Positions 18,162-27,365 of a stretch of 43,734 nt of DNA are shown in pieces (within the stretch, counting starts at the first letter, position 1; each line of letters opens with the position of its first letter). The stretch covers positions 1 to 43,734 of the forward strand of contig JALNYD010000001.1 of assembly GCA_023230025.1 (NCBI GenBank). The letters are read 5' to 3'. A program made the position numbers and the translations under genes. The DNA is from Candidatus Cloacimonadota bacterium (GTDB taxonomy: Bacteria > Cloacimonadota > Cloacimonadia > Cloacimonadales > Cloacimonadaceae). A model generated the notes under the pieces. It worked only from the letters and a program-made list of their open reading frames with translations. It was not told the DNA's origin and did not search any database.

Positions 18162-18596
18162 CTAATCCCTGCGTTGCTGGGTTTCAAATGCCACCACCAG
18201 GGTATTTGCATCCTGGAGTTGGCGCATCACATCGGACATTACTCCATACATGGTATCCCGGTCTGTCCTGAAACATACAACCAGCTCGGGATCCTCATCC
18301 CTTTTACGCACCAAAGTGGAATATACAAAAGTATCTTCCGCAGTCTCAATGCGTGTGGGAACATCATCTATCAGGATAGTCTCATCCCTCATCACATAGA
18401 TGGTAGTGGTGTGATTGCGGGGTATGCGCTCAATACTGTCTGCCACCGGCCAACGGTCGCGTTCCACCCAGAATTGTTTCTCCTGGACAAACACGGTGCT
18501 GACCATGAAGAACAGCAACAGCAGAAAGGCAATATCCGACATCGATCCATTTGGAATGGAAACGTCACGATTTCTTTTTCTTTGTAGATTCGCCAT
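18162..18596 (-). CDS. exbD: ExbD/TolR-family biopolymer transport protein
   Basis: 'SMSDIAFLLLLFFMV' TM segment after a basic N-terminus. Length 144 aa. Confidence 0.85.
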   Translation of the reverse strand: MANLQRKRNRDVSIPNGSMSDIAFLLLLFFMVSTVFVQEKQFWVERDRWPVADSIERIPRNHTTTIYVMRDETILIDDVPTRIETAEDTFVYSTLVRKRDEDPELVVCFRTDRDTMYGVMSDVMRQLQDANTLVVAFETQQRRD

Positions 18597-18604
18597 CGTT
18601 CCTC

Positions 18605-19030
18605 CTAATTGGTCGATAATGAAATCTTCTCAATTTTGGCTGCCTTAAGCCGGTCAACCACCCGGATCATATCGTTGTATTTAGCTTCACGATCCGTGAT
18701 CACTTTGAAGATCATTTCGGGATTTAGCTTTTGCTTTTGCTGAATCAGCGCATCGAGCTCTCCACTTTCATAGGAACGGGGAGCTTCAGTATTTACCACT
18801 ATCATTCCATCTGCTGTAATCTGCAAACGGGTCATCTCCTTCTCAGTAAGAGTAAGAGTCTGAGCCTGCTGCGTACTTTCTGCAGCTGCTTGGGGCAGGA
18901 CTATCCTAATCCCCTCTTTCACGTCGAACTTAGTGGTCGCCATGAAAAAGATGATCAAGAGGAAGGCAATATCGGACATCGACGAAGTCGGTATCTCCGC
19001 TTTGCCTTTCCTTTTACGTCCTATTTTCAT
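18605..19030 (-). CDS. exbD: ExbD/TolR-family biopolymer transport protein (second paralog)
   Basis: 'SMSDIAFLLIIFFMATT' and a periplasmic domain ending in '...YNDMIRVVDRLKAAKIEKISL'. Confidence 0.85.
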   Translation of the reverse strand: MKIGRKRKGKAEIPTSSMSDIAFLLIIFFMATTKFDVKEGIRIVLPQAAAESTQQAQTLTLTEKEMTRLQITADGMIVVNTEAPRSYESGELDALIQQKQKLNPEMIFKVITDREAKYNDMIRVVDRLKAAKIEKISLSTN

Positions 19031-19048
19031 CTCATACTCCCTGAAGGA

Positions 19049-19798
19049 TTAAAGCATCGCTTCGACAACTTTTTCTGTCGCTTTCTGCATGTCAATCACC
19101 ATGCCATCTACCATGGTGACAAATATATTATTAAAGAATTGCACGGGGATTGCAACTATTAATCCAGCCTGAGTGGTGATAAGAGCAATTTTGATACCAC
19201 TGGCTACGATTGTTGCATCCACCGCACGGGCTGCTGCGATGGCATCGAAAGCGCTGATCATACCGGACACAGTACCCAGGAATCCCAACATCGGGGCAAG
19301 GGTAATGGCAGTAGAAAGCTCCAGGAACCCTTTTTCCAGATAACTCATCTCGATCATTGCCGCGTTTTCAATCGCTTTCTCCACGGCCGGTACTCCGCCC
19401 TCGGCTTTGAGCAAACCGGCATATATGATCGCTGCTACAGGACCACGGGTACCCTTGGCAATTTCAGCAGCTTCTTTATATTTCTTGCTTTGGATCAGGG
19501 GAATAATCTTTCCCAAGAAGGCATTGAGATTAACCTTGGCATAGATCAGGGCGATAAATTTCCAAACGACATAGGCCAATCCATACACCGCTACGATGAG
19601 GATGGGCCACATTGCCCAGCCACCATCTTTAAACCATTTCACCATTCCGCTGCCAAATACCAATTCAGCAAAGCTTTCCAATCCACCGGTGCTTACTGCC
19701 GCGGTTGCTTCCTCAGCTGCTTCCTGTGCAAAGGCCATACCTGGCATTACCAGGCTAAGCACTGCAATCAGCAGCATTATGTACGAGAACTTTCTCAT
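19049..19798 (-). CDS. exbB: MotA/TolQ/ExbB-family proton channel
   Basis: Three TM helices with 'LAPMLGFLGTVSGMISAF' and 'IALITTQAGLIVAIP', typical ExbB blocks. It carries an extra N-terminal signal-like segment. Confidence 0.85.
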   Translation of the reverse strand: MRKFSYIMLLIAVLSLVMPGMAFAQEAAEEATAAVSTGGLESFAELVFGSGMVKWFKDGGWAMWPILIVAVYGLAYVVWKFIALIYAKVNLNAFLGKIIPLIQSKKYKEAAEIAKGTRGPVAAIIYAGLLKAEGGVPAVEKAIENAAMIEMSYLEKGFLELSTAITLAPMLGFLGTVSGMISAFDAIAAARAVDATIVASGIKIALITTQAGLIVAIPVQFFNNIFVTMVDGMVIDMQKATEKVVEAML

Positions 19799-19821
19799 TT
19801 ATGATTCCTCCTTGGAATAAT

Positions 19822-22800
19822 TTAGAAATTGAACGACACGCCGAGAGTTACTCCGCGGTAGTTGCTATAGTTGGTAGGATTATTATCGGATAAGCCATGC
19901 ACGTATTCCACTTCTTCAAACACGTAGTTCGCCTGATCATCAATCAGTTCCTCTCCGCTATCAAAGGGATTTCCGGTTCTGGCATACACATCGTATATGT
20001 TTCTATTTTTGAACAGGTTGTCAATATCCATGTACAAACGAATGTTTGAACCACCAGGGAGGTTGATCCCCTTGGAGATTTTCATGTTTGTCTGCTGGGT
20101 ACTCTTCTTGCGCTTGCTGTTGGTATCCAACATAGAGCTGCCTTCCAGGCTTTGAGGGGTATAGGGAGATCCCGAGGCAAAGCTCCAGTTCACACTGGTG
20201 GAAAAATCATCAAGCGGAAGAATGAAATCCGTGAAGGGAACGAAGAACTCCTCACCGCGACCGATCCGGAATGTGTAGTTCACGCCGATGTTGTGGCGCA
20301 CATCCCAATCCAGAGGGAATTCACGCAAAGAGGTGTTTTCGTCCTGGATCACAGTGGATGAATTATTGCCTTGCGCCCAGGCCAATGAATAGGCAATGCT
20401 CCAGGTGTTGAAGTTTGAAAGCATCTTTTCAAGCTGCATGTCCAGGCCTCTGGCTGAGCCATAGTCCTCAGATATAAAGCGGTACCAGGAGACGGTTTCT
20501 TCGCCTTCTTTGCGCTCTTTGATCGTGCTTACATAGTTGTACAGATTCTTGAAATAAGCAGTCATATCCAACACATAGTCTTCACTGATCTGATGAGACA
20601 AACCAACTTCATAAGTGACTGTGATCTGCGGTTCCAGGGTGGGATTTCCCACGGTAATGGCAACATCAGAAAGGTTCGCATCTTCCGGAGTTTTGGAAGT
20701 AAAGATATACTGCATTTGCGGCAATTGGTTCTGATAGTTGTAAGCAAAACGCAGAACATCACGTTCAGTAATGGGATGGGACACACCCAGACGAGGGGAT
20801 ACCATCATCTGGAAGCGATCTGAACTATCAAAATCTCTGCTCAGGTAACTGCCATTATCCTGCAATACCTTGTAGCTGTTGCCAAGATACCAGAAGTCAA
20901 AACGCAAACCTGCGTTTACGATCATGCCTTCCCATTCCATCTTATCCTGAAGATAATAGGCCATCTGCCAGGGATTGGCGGAATAGCCATCGCGCTTCCC
21001 CGAAGAAGCTTTGGCTGCTTCAAAATAAGCTTCAGGTTTGTAGATGGGTACCAGATCAGCAGTGCTGGTTGGGGTTTCCACCAGTGATTCGAGGGCAAAC
21101 AGCTCAGTTGGAACCTGATTTTCTGTATTCCAATCCGCCAGATCGTAATCGCTTACATCATAGATGCTGCGCAGATAAGCCTGGCGACGATCTTCGTAGA
21201 TAGTCAGGAAGTTTTGCAGCTGATTCTTCTGGATATCGTGGCTGATAACTTCCAATCCAGTTTTTGCCAGATGGGTTTCATTCAGCTGCCATTCAAAATC
21301 TGCCCGCATATTGATCGTGGTAGTGGAATCATCGATATAGTTTGAGTAAATGGTGCCCGGAGCATTGAATCCAGGAATCGCGCGTGAGTCTTCCTGACCC
21401 TGCAGGGAATACTGCCAATAGCTTGCAGGATAGAATCCCACATCATACACACCATCTCCATCATAATCAACACTTTGATAGCCATAATCACCTTGAAGGG
21501 CATTACTGATGTAGGCCTCGGGATCGTCATCAGCGGTGGGATCGAGATACATGAAGCTATCACGGTCAATACCGCGAGGTCCTTGTTTGCTATCTTTGGT
21601 GTAATAGCTGGCCTTCATCTTCAAGTTCATTGTATTATTGAATACGTGATCATAGGTGGCTATATACTGTTTCTGAATTGTTTCGGTAACTGCGTAATGT
21701 TGCAGCGCATAACGCCATCCATAGCTGAAGGGTAAATCATAGTTCCTATCTCCACGCACGGCAAAGGTAAGATTCTGAATCGGGTTGATGACATATTTGG
21801 TTTTCAGGTTTACATTGTAGGCATTATAATTCCTGTTTCCAGTATCAATTCCCAAGATGTTATCTCGGGATTCATAAGGATCATAGGAATCATACTGATA
21901 CAGCAGTAATCCACGGCCATCAATGGTGTATTCTTCATTGGGATTTGACACATAGTAGTCTTTCAACCTGCCATCAAGCCATTCTCCGCCACCATTCAGA
22001 TAAAACGTCAAGCGTTCTTTGAGATCTTGGGTTGCAAAGGGAACAATGGGGCCACCAATGGCGAATTTGAAGACATCGGAGTTTCTGCCTTCACCAATGA
22101 TATGATCTGTGTTGTATTCAATCTTACCAGAATAGAAAGGATCTCCATCCTTGGTGACAATATTGATCACACCTGATTGGGCATTACCAAACTCAGCCGG
22201 GAAACCACCCGTCATAACCTTCATATCCTTGATGGCATCCATATCGACAGATAAAGCACTTCCACCATCCACAGGATCGGACACACTCATTCCGTCAACT
22301 GTGAAGTTGACTTCATTAGCACGACCACCCCGGATGTGCAGTTCACCACCAATGTTTGTTACACCAGCTTGCAAGGACACAATATCTGCCACTGTAGTAA
22401 CTGAAGCGTCAGTCAGACGATCCATCTCAATCTGACGGGAAGAACCGGTACGGTCGCGTTCCACCACGTCCTGTTCAGCTTGCACCACCACAGGGCCAAG
22501 TTCGATACCCTCTCTACTCATTGTGGGGGAAATATTTGCGGTTTGACCAACCTGAACTCTCACGTCCTGGTAAGTAAGTGGGGCATAACTGACCAAGCTT
22601 AGCTTAACGGTGTAAGAACCTGGTGGGATATTAATAATGATTGCCTGACCGCGTTCATTGGTCTGGCCACCTGAAATACGCTGGGTGCCGGACATAACCA
22701 CGATATTCACGTACTCCAATGGACGACCTTGGGTATCGCGAACCCGGACGGCAATGCGACCAGTCGTCTGAGCTTCGAGGTATGCAACACCAACGAGCAA

Positions 22801-22833
22801 CACTATTAGCAGGATCAATGCAGTTTTTCGCAT
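19822..22833 (-). CDS. TonB-dependent receptor with an N-terminal carboxypeptidase-regulatory-like domain
   Basis: ATG 22833 has a GGGAGG RBS 7 nt upstream. 'GRIAVRVRDTQGRPLEYVNIVV...GSYTVKLS' is CarbopepD_reg-like. The plug is 'IHIRGGRANEVNFTVDGMSV'. The barrel ends in '...TLGVSFNF' with a terminal F. Confidence 0.85.
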   Translation of the reverse strand: MRKTALILLIVLLVGVAYLEAQTTGRIAVRVRDTQGRPLEYVNIVVMSGTQRISGGQTNERGQAIIINIPPGSYTVKLSLVSYAPLTYQDVRVQVGQTANISPTMSREGIELGPVVVQAEQDVVERDRTGSSRQIEMDRLTDASVTTVADIVSLQAGVTNIGGELHIRGGRANEVNFTVDGMSVSDPVDGGSALSVDMDAIKDMKVMTGGFPAEFGNAQSGVINIVTKDGDPFYSGKIEYNTDHIIGEGRNSDVFKFAIGGPIVPFATQDLKERLTFYLNGGGEWLDGRLKDYYVSNPNEEYTIDGRGLLLYQYDSYDPYESRDNILGIDTGNRNYNAYNVNLKTKYVINPIQNLTFAVRGDRNYDLPFSYGWRYALQHYAVTETIQKQYIATYDHVFNNTMNLKMKASYYTKDSKQGPRGIDRDSFMYLDPTADDDPEAYISNALQGDYGYQSVDYDGDGVYDVGFYPASYWQYSLQGQEDSRAIPGFNAPGTIYSNYIDDSTTTINMRADFEWQLNETHLAKTGLEVISHDIQKNQLQNFLTIYEDRRQAYLRSIYDVSDYDLADWNTENQVPTELFALESLVETPTSTADLVPIYKPEAYFEAAKASSGKRDGYSANPWQMAYYLQDKMEWEGMIVNAGLRFDFWYLGNSYKVLQDNGSYLSRDFDSSDRFQMMVSPRLGVSHPITERDVLRFAYNYQNQLPQMQYIFTSKTPEDANLSDVAITVGNPTLEPQITVTYEVGLSHQISEDYVLDMTAYFKNLYNYVSTIKERKEGEETVSWYRFISEDYGSARGLDMQLEKMLSNFNTWSIAYSLAWAQGNNSSTVIQDENTSLREFPLDWDVRHNIGVNYTFRIGRGEEFFVPFTDFILPLDDFSTSVNWSFASGSPYTPQSLEGSSMLDTNSKRKKSTQQTNMKISKGINLPGGSNIRLYMDIDNLFKNRNIYDVYARTGNPFDSGEELIDDQANYVFEEVEYVHGLSDNNPTNYSNYRGVTLGVSFNF

Positions 22834-22929
22834 CGACGGACCTCCCTTCATCCTGGCTTATTTACTATTATGTAAGAACTTAGATCGAGGCTAGCCCCAA
22901 ATGGTAAAAGGGCTATTCCTCTTAAAACT

Positions 22930-22958
22930 CGTATATCTGAGCTAATAAAATCAGTCAA
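22930..22958 (-). promoter_or_regulatory. Putative sigma70-like promoter of the receptor/Ton/T9SS-cargo operon
   Basis: Minus strand reads TTGACT-17 nt-TATACG, about 95 nt upstream of the ATG at 22833. Sequence pattern only. Confidence 0.3.
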
Positions 22959-23035
22959 GCAGTTTTTTTGCTTTAGTGCCGTTAGAGACATATCCAGCAA
23001 AAGCAAGAGCTTTGAAAAAAACGCAGTTATCAATC

Positions 23036-24073
23036 TCATCTGAACCGCACTTTTGTGTCAGCATCTGCTTCCTGCAACCAGCCAATGATGCTTCCACCAC
23101 AATCTGTACAAAGCTCCTGAGCGATATTTCTATCGCAAGCCACAATCATGCCAATTCCCAAATTAAAACTCTGTTGCATGATTTCCGGGCGAACTTTGCC
23201 ACCCTTTTGAATAATCTGGAAAATGGCAGGAATCTCCACCTCTGATAAATCGATCACGGCTTGTAGCCCCTGAGGCAAGACTCTGGCCAGATTCCCCGGA
23301 ATGCCACCTCCCGTGATATGTGCCAGAGCATGGAGAGCGGGATTTTTGAGATAGGCCTTTAACTGCCTCAAATAGCTGCGGTGCACTTTCAGCAAAGCTT
23401 CACCGACGCTTTCGCCCAATTCTTCCAGATAGGAATCCACCCTCAAGCCCATCCTTTCAAAGAGGACTTTCCGCGCCAATGAGTAACCATTGGTGTGTAA
23501 GCCCGAGGAGGGTAAGCCAATCAAGACATCCCCTGCTGTGATAGATTGACGGGGAAGAATCTCAGATTGTTCAACCATACCTACGATTGTTCCGGCCAAA
23601 TCAAAATCACGCTCCTGATAGAGACCGGGCATTTCTGCCATTTCCCCACCAATCAGAGCACAGTCATTTTCCCGGCAGGCTTGCACAAAACCATCAATAA
23701 TCCTCTCGATAACCGGAGGTTCAAGCTTTCCTACTCCGATGTAATCCAGAAAAAACTGAGGTATGGCTCCTTGCACAAGGATGTCATTCACACAGTGATT
23801 TACCAGATCCTGGCCCACAGTGTCATACTTTCCAGCAGCAATTGCCACCATGATCTTGGTGCCCACGCCATCTGTGCTGGATACCAGCACTGGGTTTTCC
23901 CAGGCAGTTTTATTGATTCGATACAAACCCCCAAAACTGCCCAATTCACTTAGGACATTCGGAGAGTATGTACTGCGAACCTTATCTTTGATGGCCTTTA
24001 CGGCTGCTTCGCCTGCGGCAATATCCACTCCTGATTGCTTGTAATCTATGCCGTCTAATTGGTCATTTTGCAT
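23036..24073 (-). CDS. purM: Phosphoribosylformylglycinamidine cyclo-ligase (AIR synthetase)
   Basis: 'DYKQSGVDIAAGEAAV', 'GGLY', 'VSSTDGVGTK', 'DLVNHCVNDILVQGA' and 'GIPGNLARVLP' are canonical PurM blocks. Confidence 0.9.
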   Translation of the reverse strand: MQNDQLDGIDYKQSGVDIAAGEAAVKAIKDKVRSTYSPNVLSELGSFGGLYRINKTAWENPVLVSSTDGVGTKIMVAIAAGKYDTVGQDLVNHCVNDILVQGAIPQFFLDYIGVGKLEPPVIERIIDGFVQACRENDCALIGGEMAEMPGLYQERDFDLAGTIVGMVEQSEILPRQSITAGDVLIGLPSSGLHTNGYSLARKVLFERMGLRVDSYLEELGESVGEALLKVHRSYLRQLKAYLKNPALHALAHITGGGIPGNLARVLPQGLQAVIDLSEVEIPAIFQIIQKGGKVRPEIMQQSFNLGIGMIVACDRNIAQELCTDCGGSIIGWLQEADADTKVRFR

Positions 24074-24948
24074 AATGCTTCCTTGTCCTGATCAATTCTA
24101 TCCCGGTTCAAATCCAGCATTCCATCAACGCTGAACTGGCTAACATTATAAGCAGCCATAATTGTTCCATAACGAACGGCATCTTTTACTTTTGAGAAGT
24201 TCAGATCACTGGCACCTTCCAGATGCGCCATAAAGGCCCCGGCAAAGCTGTCGCCAGCACCGGTGGGATCTTTCACCTGGCGAATTGGATAAGCTGGAGC
24301 AAAGAACATCTCTTCTCTGCTGATCGCAATGCTGCCATATTCACCGCGTTTGACCACCATCAATTGTGGTCCCAATTCCAATATACTCTCAGCAGCGCTG
24401 AAGATATCCATTTTACCGGTAAATTCTTTGATTTCGTCCTCATTCATAAACACGATCTGCACACGTGAGATTACTTCACGAAGTGTGTGAGGACAGCCCT
24501 TGATCCAAAAGTTCATGGTATCACAGGCTACATGAGTATATGAAGCTGTCTTCTGTAGCACCTGCAACTGAAGCTCAGGATGGATGTTTGCCAATAATAA
24601 ACTGTGACAGCTACTGCATGCTTGGGGAATCCTGGGCACAAAATCCGCGAATACATTGAGTTCAGTATTCAGGGTTTGGGCTTTGTTCCAGTCCTGATAC
24701 AGTCCGCTCCAGCGGAAAGTTTTCCCGGCTGCCACTTCCAAGCCCTCCAGATTCACCCCATGCCTGTGCAGCATTTGCCTGGCTTCCTGGGGATAGTCCT
24801 CCCCCACCACGCCAATGATGTGAACATCCGTGAAGTAAGAGCCGGAAATCGAGCCATACACAGCAGATCCACCTGGAGCATCCACCACCTGCCCTGCAGG
24901 AGTTTTGATGGTATCAAGACCAATGGAACCTACTATCACAAGGCTCAA
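24055..24948 (-). CDS. PfkB-family carbohydrate/nucleoside kinase
   Basis: 'GGSAVYGS' N-terminal di-Gly region and the 'DPTGAGDSFAGAF' ATP/anion-hole motif. The 3-prime end overlaps the purM start by 19 nt. Confidence 0.8.
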   Translation of the reverse strand: MSLVIVGSIGLDTIKTPAGQVVDAPGGSAVYGSISGSYFTDVHIIGVVGEDYPQEARQMLHRHGVNLEGLEVAAGKTFRWSGLYQDWNKAQTLNTELNVFADFVPRIPQACSSCHSLLLANIHPELQLQVLQKTASYTHVACDTMNFWIKGCPHTLREVISRVQIVFMNEDEIKEFTGKMDIFSAAESILELGPQLMVVKRGEYGSIAISREEMFFAPAYPIRQVKDPTGAGDSFAGAFMAHLEGASDLNFSKVKDAVRYGTIMAAYNVSQFSVDGMLDLNRDRIDQDKEALCKMTN

Positions 24949-25160
24949 GGATTTTGCTCCGCTGCTGGGATTACTATAGCGCTGCTATCAGCTGTGGAAG
25001 CCGAGGGCACAGAATCCATATTGCTGGTTCTTTGCAAAATCCCCATCGCAAAAAGTATAGCTGCCAATACCAAAACCATTATAATTAGTTTCGGCCAGTT
25101 ATAGCCCTTATTGCGTCTTTGTTTCCAGCGATCGGAGATTTTATCATTCATGTCTTTCAT
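24945..25160 (-). CDS. Small single-pass membrane protein (71 aa), hypothetical
   Basis: It exactly fills the gap between the aminotransferase and the kinase, with ATGA overlaps at both ends. Basic N-terminus followed by the TM helix 'LIIMVLVLAAILFAMGIL'. Confidence 0.5.
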   Translation of the reverse strand: MKDMNDKISDRWKQRRNKGYNWPKLIIMVLVLAAILFAMGILQRTSNMDSVPSASTADSSAIVIPAAEQNP

Positions 25161-26359
25161 TGACTGAGCTCCCTGAGGAAATTGGCAAATCTACGGACGC
25201 CTTCCTCAATGTTGGCCAGACTGTTGGCATAGGAGAAACGCACCGTCCCTTTCAAACCGAAGGAAGAGCCCGCAACCAGGGCTACATGATGCTTCTCCAA
25301 CAGCTTGTCACAAAACTCGTCAGAGTTCTTCAGTCCGGCATTATTGTGTTTGAGATACCATTCAATATTGGGCATGATATAAAAAGCGCCCTGAGGTTTG
25401 AAGCAACTGATATGAGGTATCGCCTGCAATAGATCAAACAAACGGTCCCGGCGTTTCCAAAACTCCATGCGCATCTTTTCAATGGAATCATCTTCATCGT
25501 TGAGGGCCGAAACGCAAGCCTTTTGAGTAATGGAGTTCACGCAGGATGTGCTGTGTTCCTGAACCCGACCCGCTGCAGCGATGATATGCGTAGGTCCAGC
25601 AGCATAGCCCAATCGCCATCCGGTCATAGCATAAGCCTTGGATACACCATTAACTACAACCGTATGTTCTTTGATTTCAGGGTTCAATGAGGCAATCGAA
25701 ATGTGCCTGGTATCATCATAAACCAAGCGCTCGTAGATCTCATCCGAAATCACCAGGATGTTGTGCTTCACACATAAATCAGCAATTGCACTCAGCTCCT
25801 CCCGGGTATATACGGTACCGGTTGGATTATTGGGTGAGTTTAGCATCAATACTTTGGCACAGGGGCTTTCCAGAATGGCATCCTCCAGATCTTTGGCCTG
25901 AAGCTTGTAGCTATCCTCTTCCCTGGTGGGGATGTACACTGGAACAGAATCAGCCAGTAATACCTGATAGGGATAGCTCACCCAATATGGACTTGGGATC
26001 AACACCTGATCATCAGTGTCGCATACAGCGGTCAACACATTCAGGATGGAAGCCTTGGCTCCCGGAGATACCAAAATGTCTTTGGGTGCATATTCCAGGC
26101 CATTATCTCGCAATAGCTTGGCGCAGATCGCCTTTTTCAAATCCGGTATCCCTGCATTGGCTGTGTAGCGCGTGAAATTGGCATCCAGCGCTTTATGAGC
26201 AGATTGCTTAATGTAGTCTGGAGTGTTGAAATCCGGTTCTCCCACCCCAAAACTGATTACATCGATCCCCGCGTCCTTCATCTGATTCGCCTTGGCAGAC
26301 AAACTCAAGGTAGGCGAGGGTTTGATCAATTTGGAACGATTTGATAGCTTAATGGCCAT
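25157..26359 (-). CDS. Class I pyridoxal-phosphate-dependent aminotransferase (aspartate aminotransferase-like)
   Basis: 'LNSPNNPTG' and 'NGVSKAYAMTGWRLGY' (PLP-lysine block). Confidence 0.85.
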   Translation of the reverse strand: MAIKLSNRSKLIKPSPTLSLSAKANQMKDAGIDVISFGVGEPDFNTPDYIKQSAHKALDANFTRYTANAGIPDLKKAICAKLLRDNGLEYAPKDILVSPGAKASILNVLTAVCDTDDQVLIPSPYWVSYPYQVLLADSVPVYIPTREEDSYKLQAKDLEDAILESPCAKVLMLNSPNNPTGTVYTREELSAIADLCVKHNILVISDEIYERLVYDDTRHISIASLNPEIKEHTVVVNGVSKAYAMTGWRLGYAAGPTHIIAAAGRVQEHSTSCVNSITQKACVSALNDEDDSIEKMRMEFWKRRDRLFDLLQAIPHISCFKPQGAFYIMPNIEWYLKHNNAGLKNSDEFCDKLLEKHHVALVAGSSFGLKGTVRFSYANSLANIEEGVRRFANFLRELSQ

Positions 26360-26381
26360 CTTATCCCCCTATATACTTTTT

Positions 26382-27365
26382 TTATTTTGACATTAGTAGC
26401 ACAAGGATGGCAGTGTTGAAGATATCCTCTGTGGAGCAGCCTCGGGAAAGATCGCAAATGGGCGCTGCCAACCCTTGAATGATGGGACCGATCGCCTCAT
26501 ATCCTGCCAGGCGCTGAACCAGCTTATAACCAATGTTACCGGCTTGCAAATCCGGGAATACCAAGGTATTGGCTTTCCCTGCAACTTTGCTCTGCGGAGC
26601 CTTACTCCTGGCAATCTTTTCCACAATCGCTGCATCAAGCTGCAATTCACCATCATAAAGAAAATCAACCTTGCGTTGATCCAGAATCGCTTTGGCACTG
26701 CGCACTTTTTCCACCAGTTCATGCTCAGCACTGCCCATAGTTGAAAATGAAAGCAATGCCACAAAAGGTTCATCACCCAAAATTGAGTGTCTGGTGGCAG
26801 CAGTGGAACATGCAATATCTGCCAATTGTTCTTCATTTGGGTTGGGCACCACGGCGCAATCGGCAAACAGAAAGGTAGTTTCATTCTCTCTGGGTGAGAC
26901 CATTATAAAAGTAGAGGATACCGTTTTTAAACCTGGTTTCACACCCACAACCTGCAAAGCAGCTCTGAGCACGTCCGCAGTGGTATTCGCTGCTCCTGCC
27001 ACCATTCCGTTGGCCAGACCCTGCTTCACCATCATCGCACCGTAGAAGAGCACGTTTTGCATTGTTTGCAAAGCCTGATCCCGCGTGACACCCTTCTCCT
27101 TACGTTTCTCGTAAAAGACTTCAGCAAAACGTTGAGTATCCGGGCTGGTGCTGGGATCAATGATCTTGCAACCGGCCAGGTCAATACCCTTATCTTGGGC
27201 GTCGTTAAGCACACTATCCCGGTTTCCCAGCAGATATACTTCTGCCAGGCCTGCACTGTGGATCATTTCCGCTGCACGCAAGGTGCGTTCGTCAGTAGCT
27301 TCAGGAAGCACAATCGTGCCCCCGATTGCGGTGGCTCTTTGTTTCAAGGTTTGTAAAATGTGCAT
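26382..27365 (-). CDS. pta: Phosphate acetyltransferase (short form)
   Basis: 'IVLPEATDERTLRAA', 'GMVAGAANTTADVLRAALQ' and 'DLSRGCSTEDIFNTA'. A phosphate butyryltransferase cannot be fully excluded. Confidence 0.8.
   Translation of the reverse strand: MHILQTLKQRATAIGGTIVLPEATDERTLRAAEMIHSAGLAEVYLLGNRDSVLNDAQDKGIDLAGCKIIDPSTSPDTQRFAEVFYEKRKEKGVTRDQALQTMQNVLFYGAMMVKQGLANGMVAGAANTTADVLRAALQVVGVKPGLKTVSSTFIMVSPRENETTFLFADCAVVPNPNEEQLADIACSTAATRHSILGDEPFVALLSFSTMGSAEHELVEKVRSAKAILDQRKVDFLYDGELQLDAAIVEKIARSKAPQSKVAGKANTLVFPDLQAGNIGYKLVQRLAGYEAIGPIIQGLAAPICDLSRGCSTEDIFNTAILVLLMSK

Noticed and set aside
22834-22930. Cobalamin or other riboswitch in the ~95-nt leader of the TonB-dependent receptor
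   Set aside because: Only one small hairpin is present (tagccc...gggcta). No B12-box-like or other riboswitch consensus was recognised.
22848-23245. Three small ORFs (63, 64 and 89 aa) in and around the purM-receptor spacer
   Set aside because: They overlap one another and the purM 3-prime end. They lack RBSs, and the region is better explained as the promoter/leader of the receptor operon.
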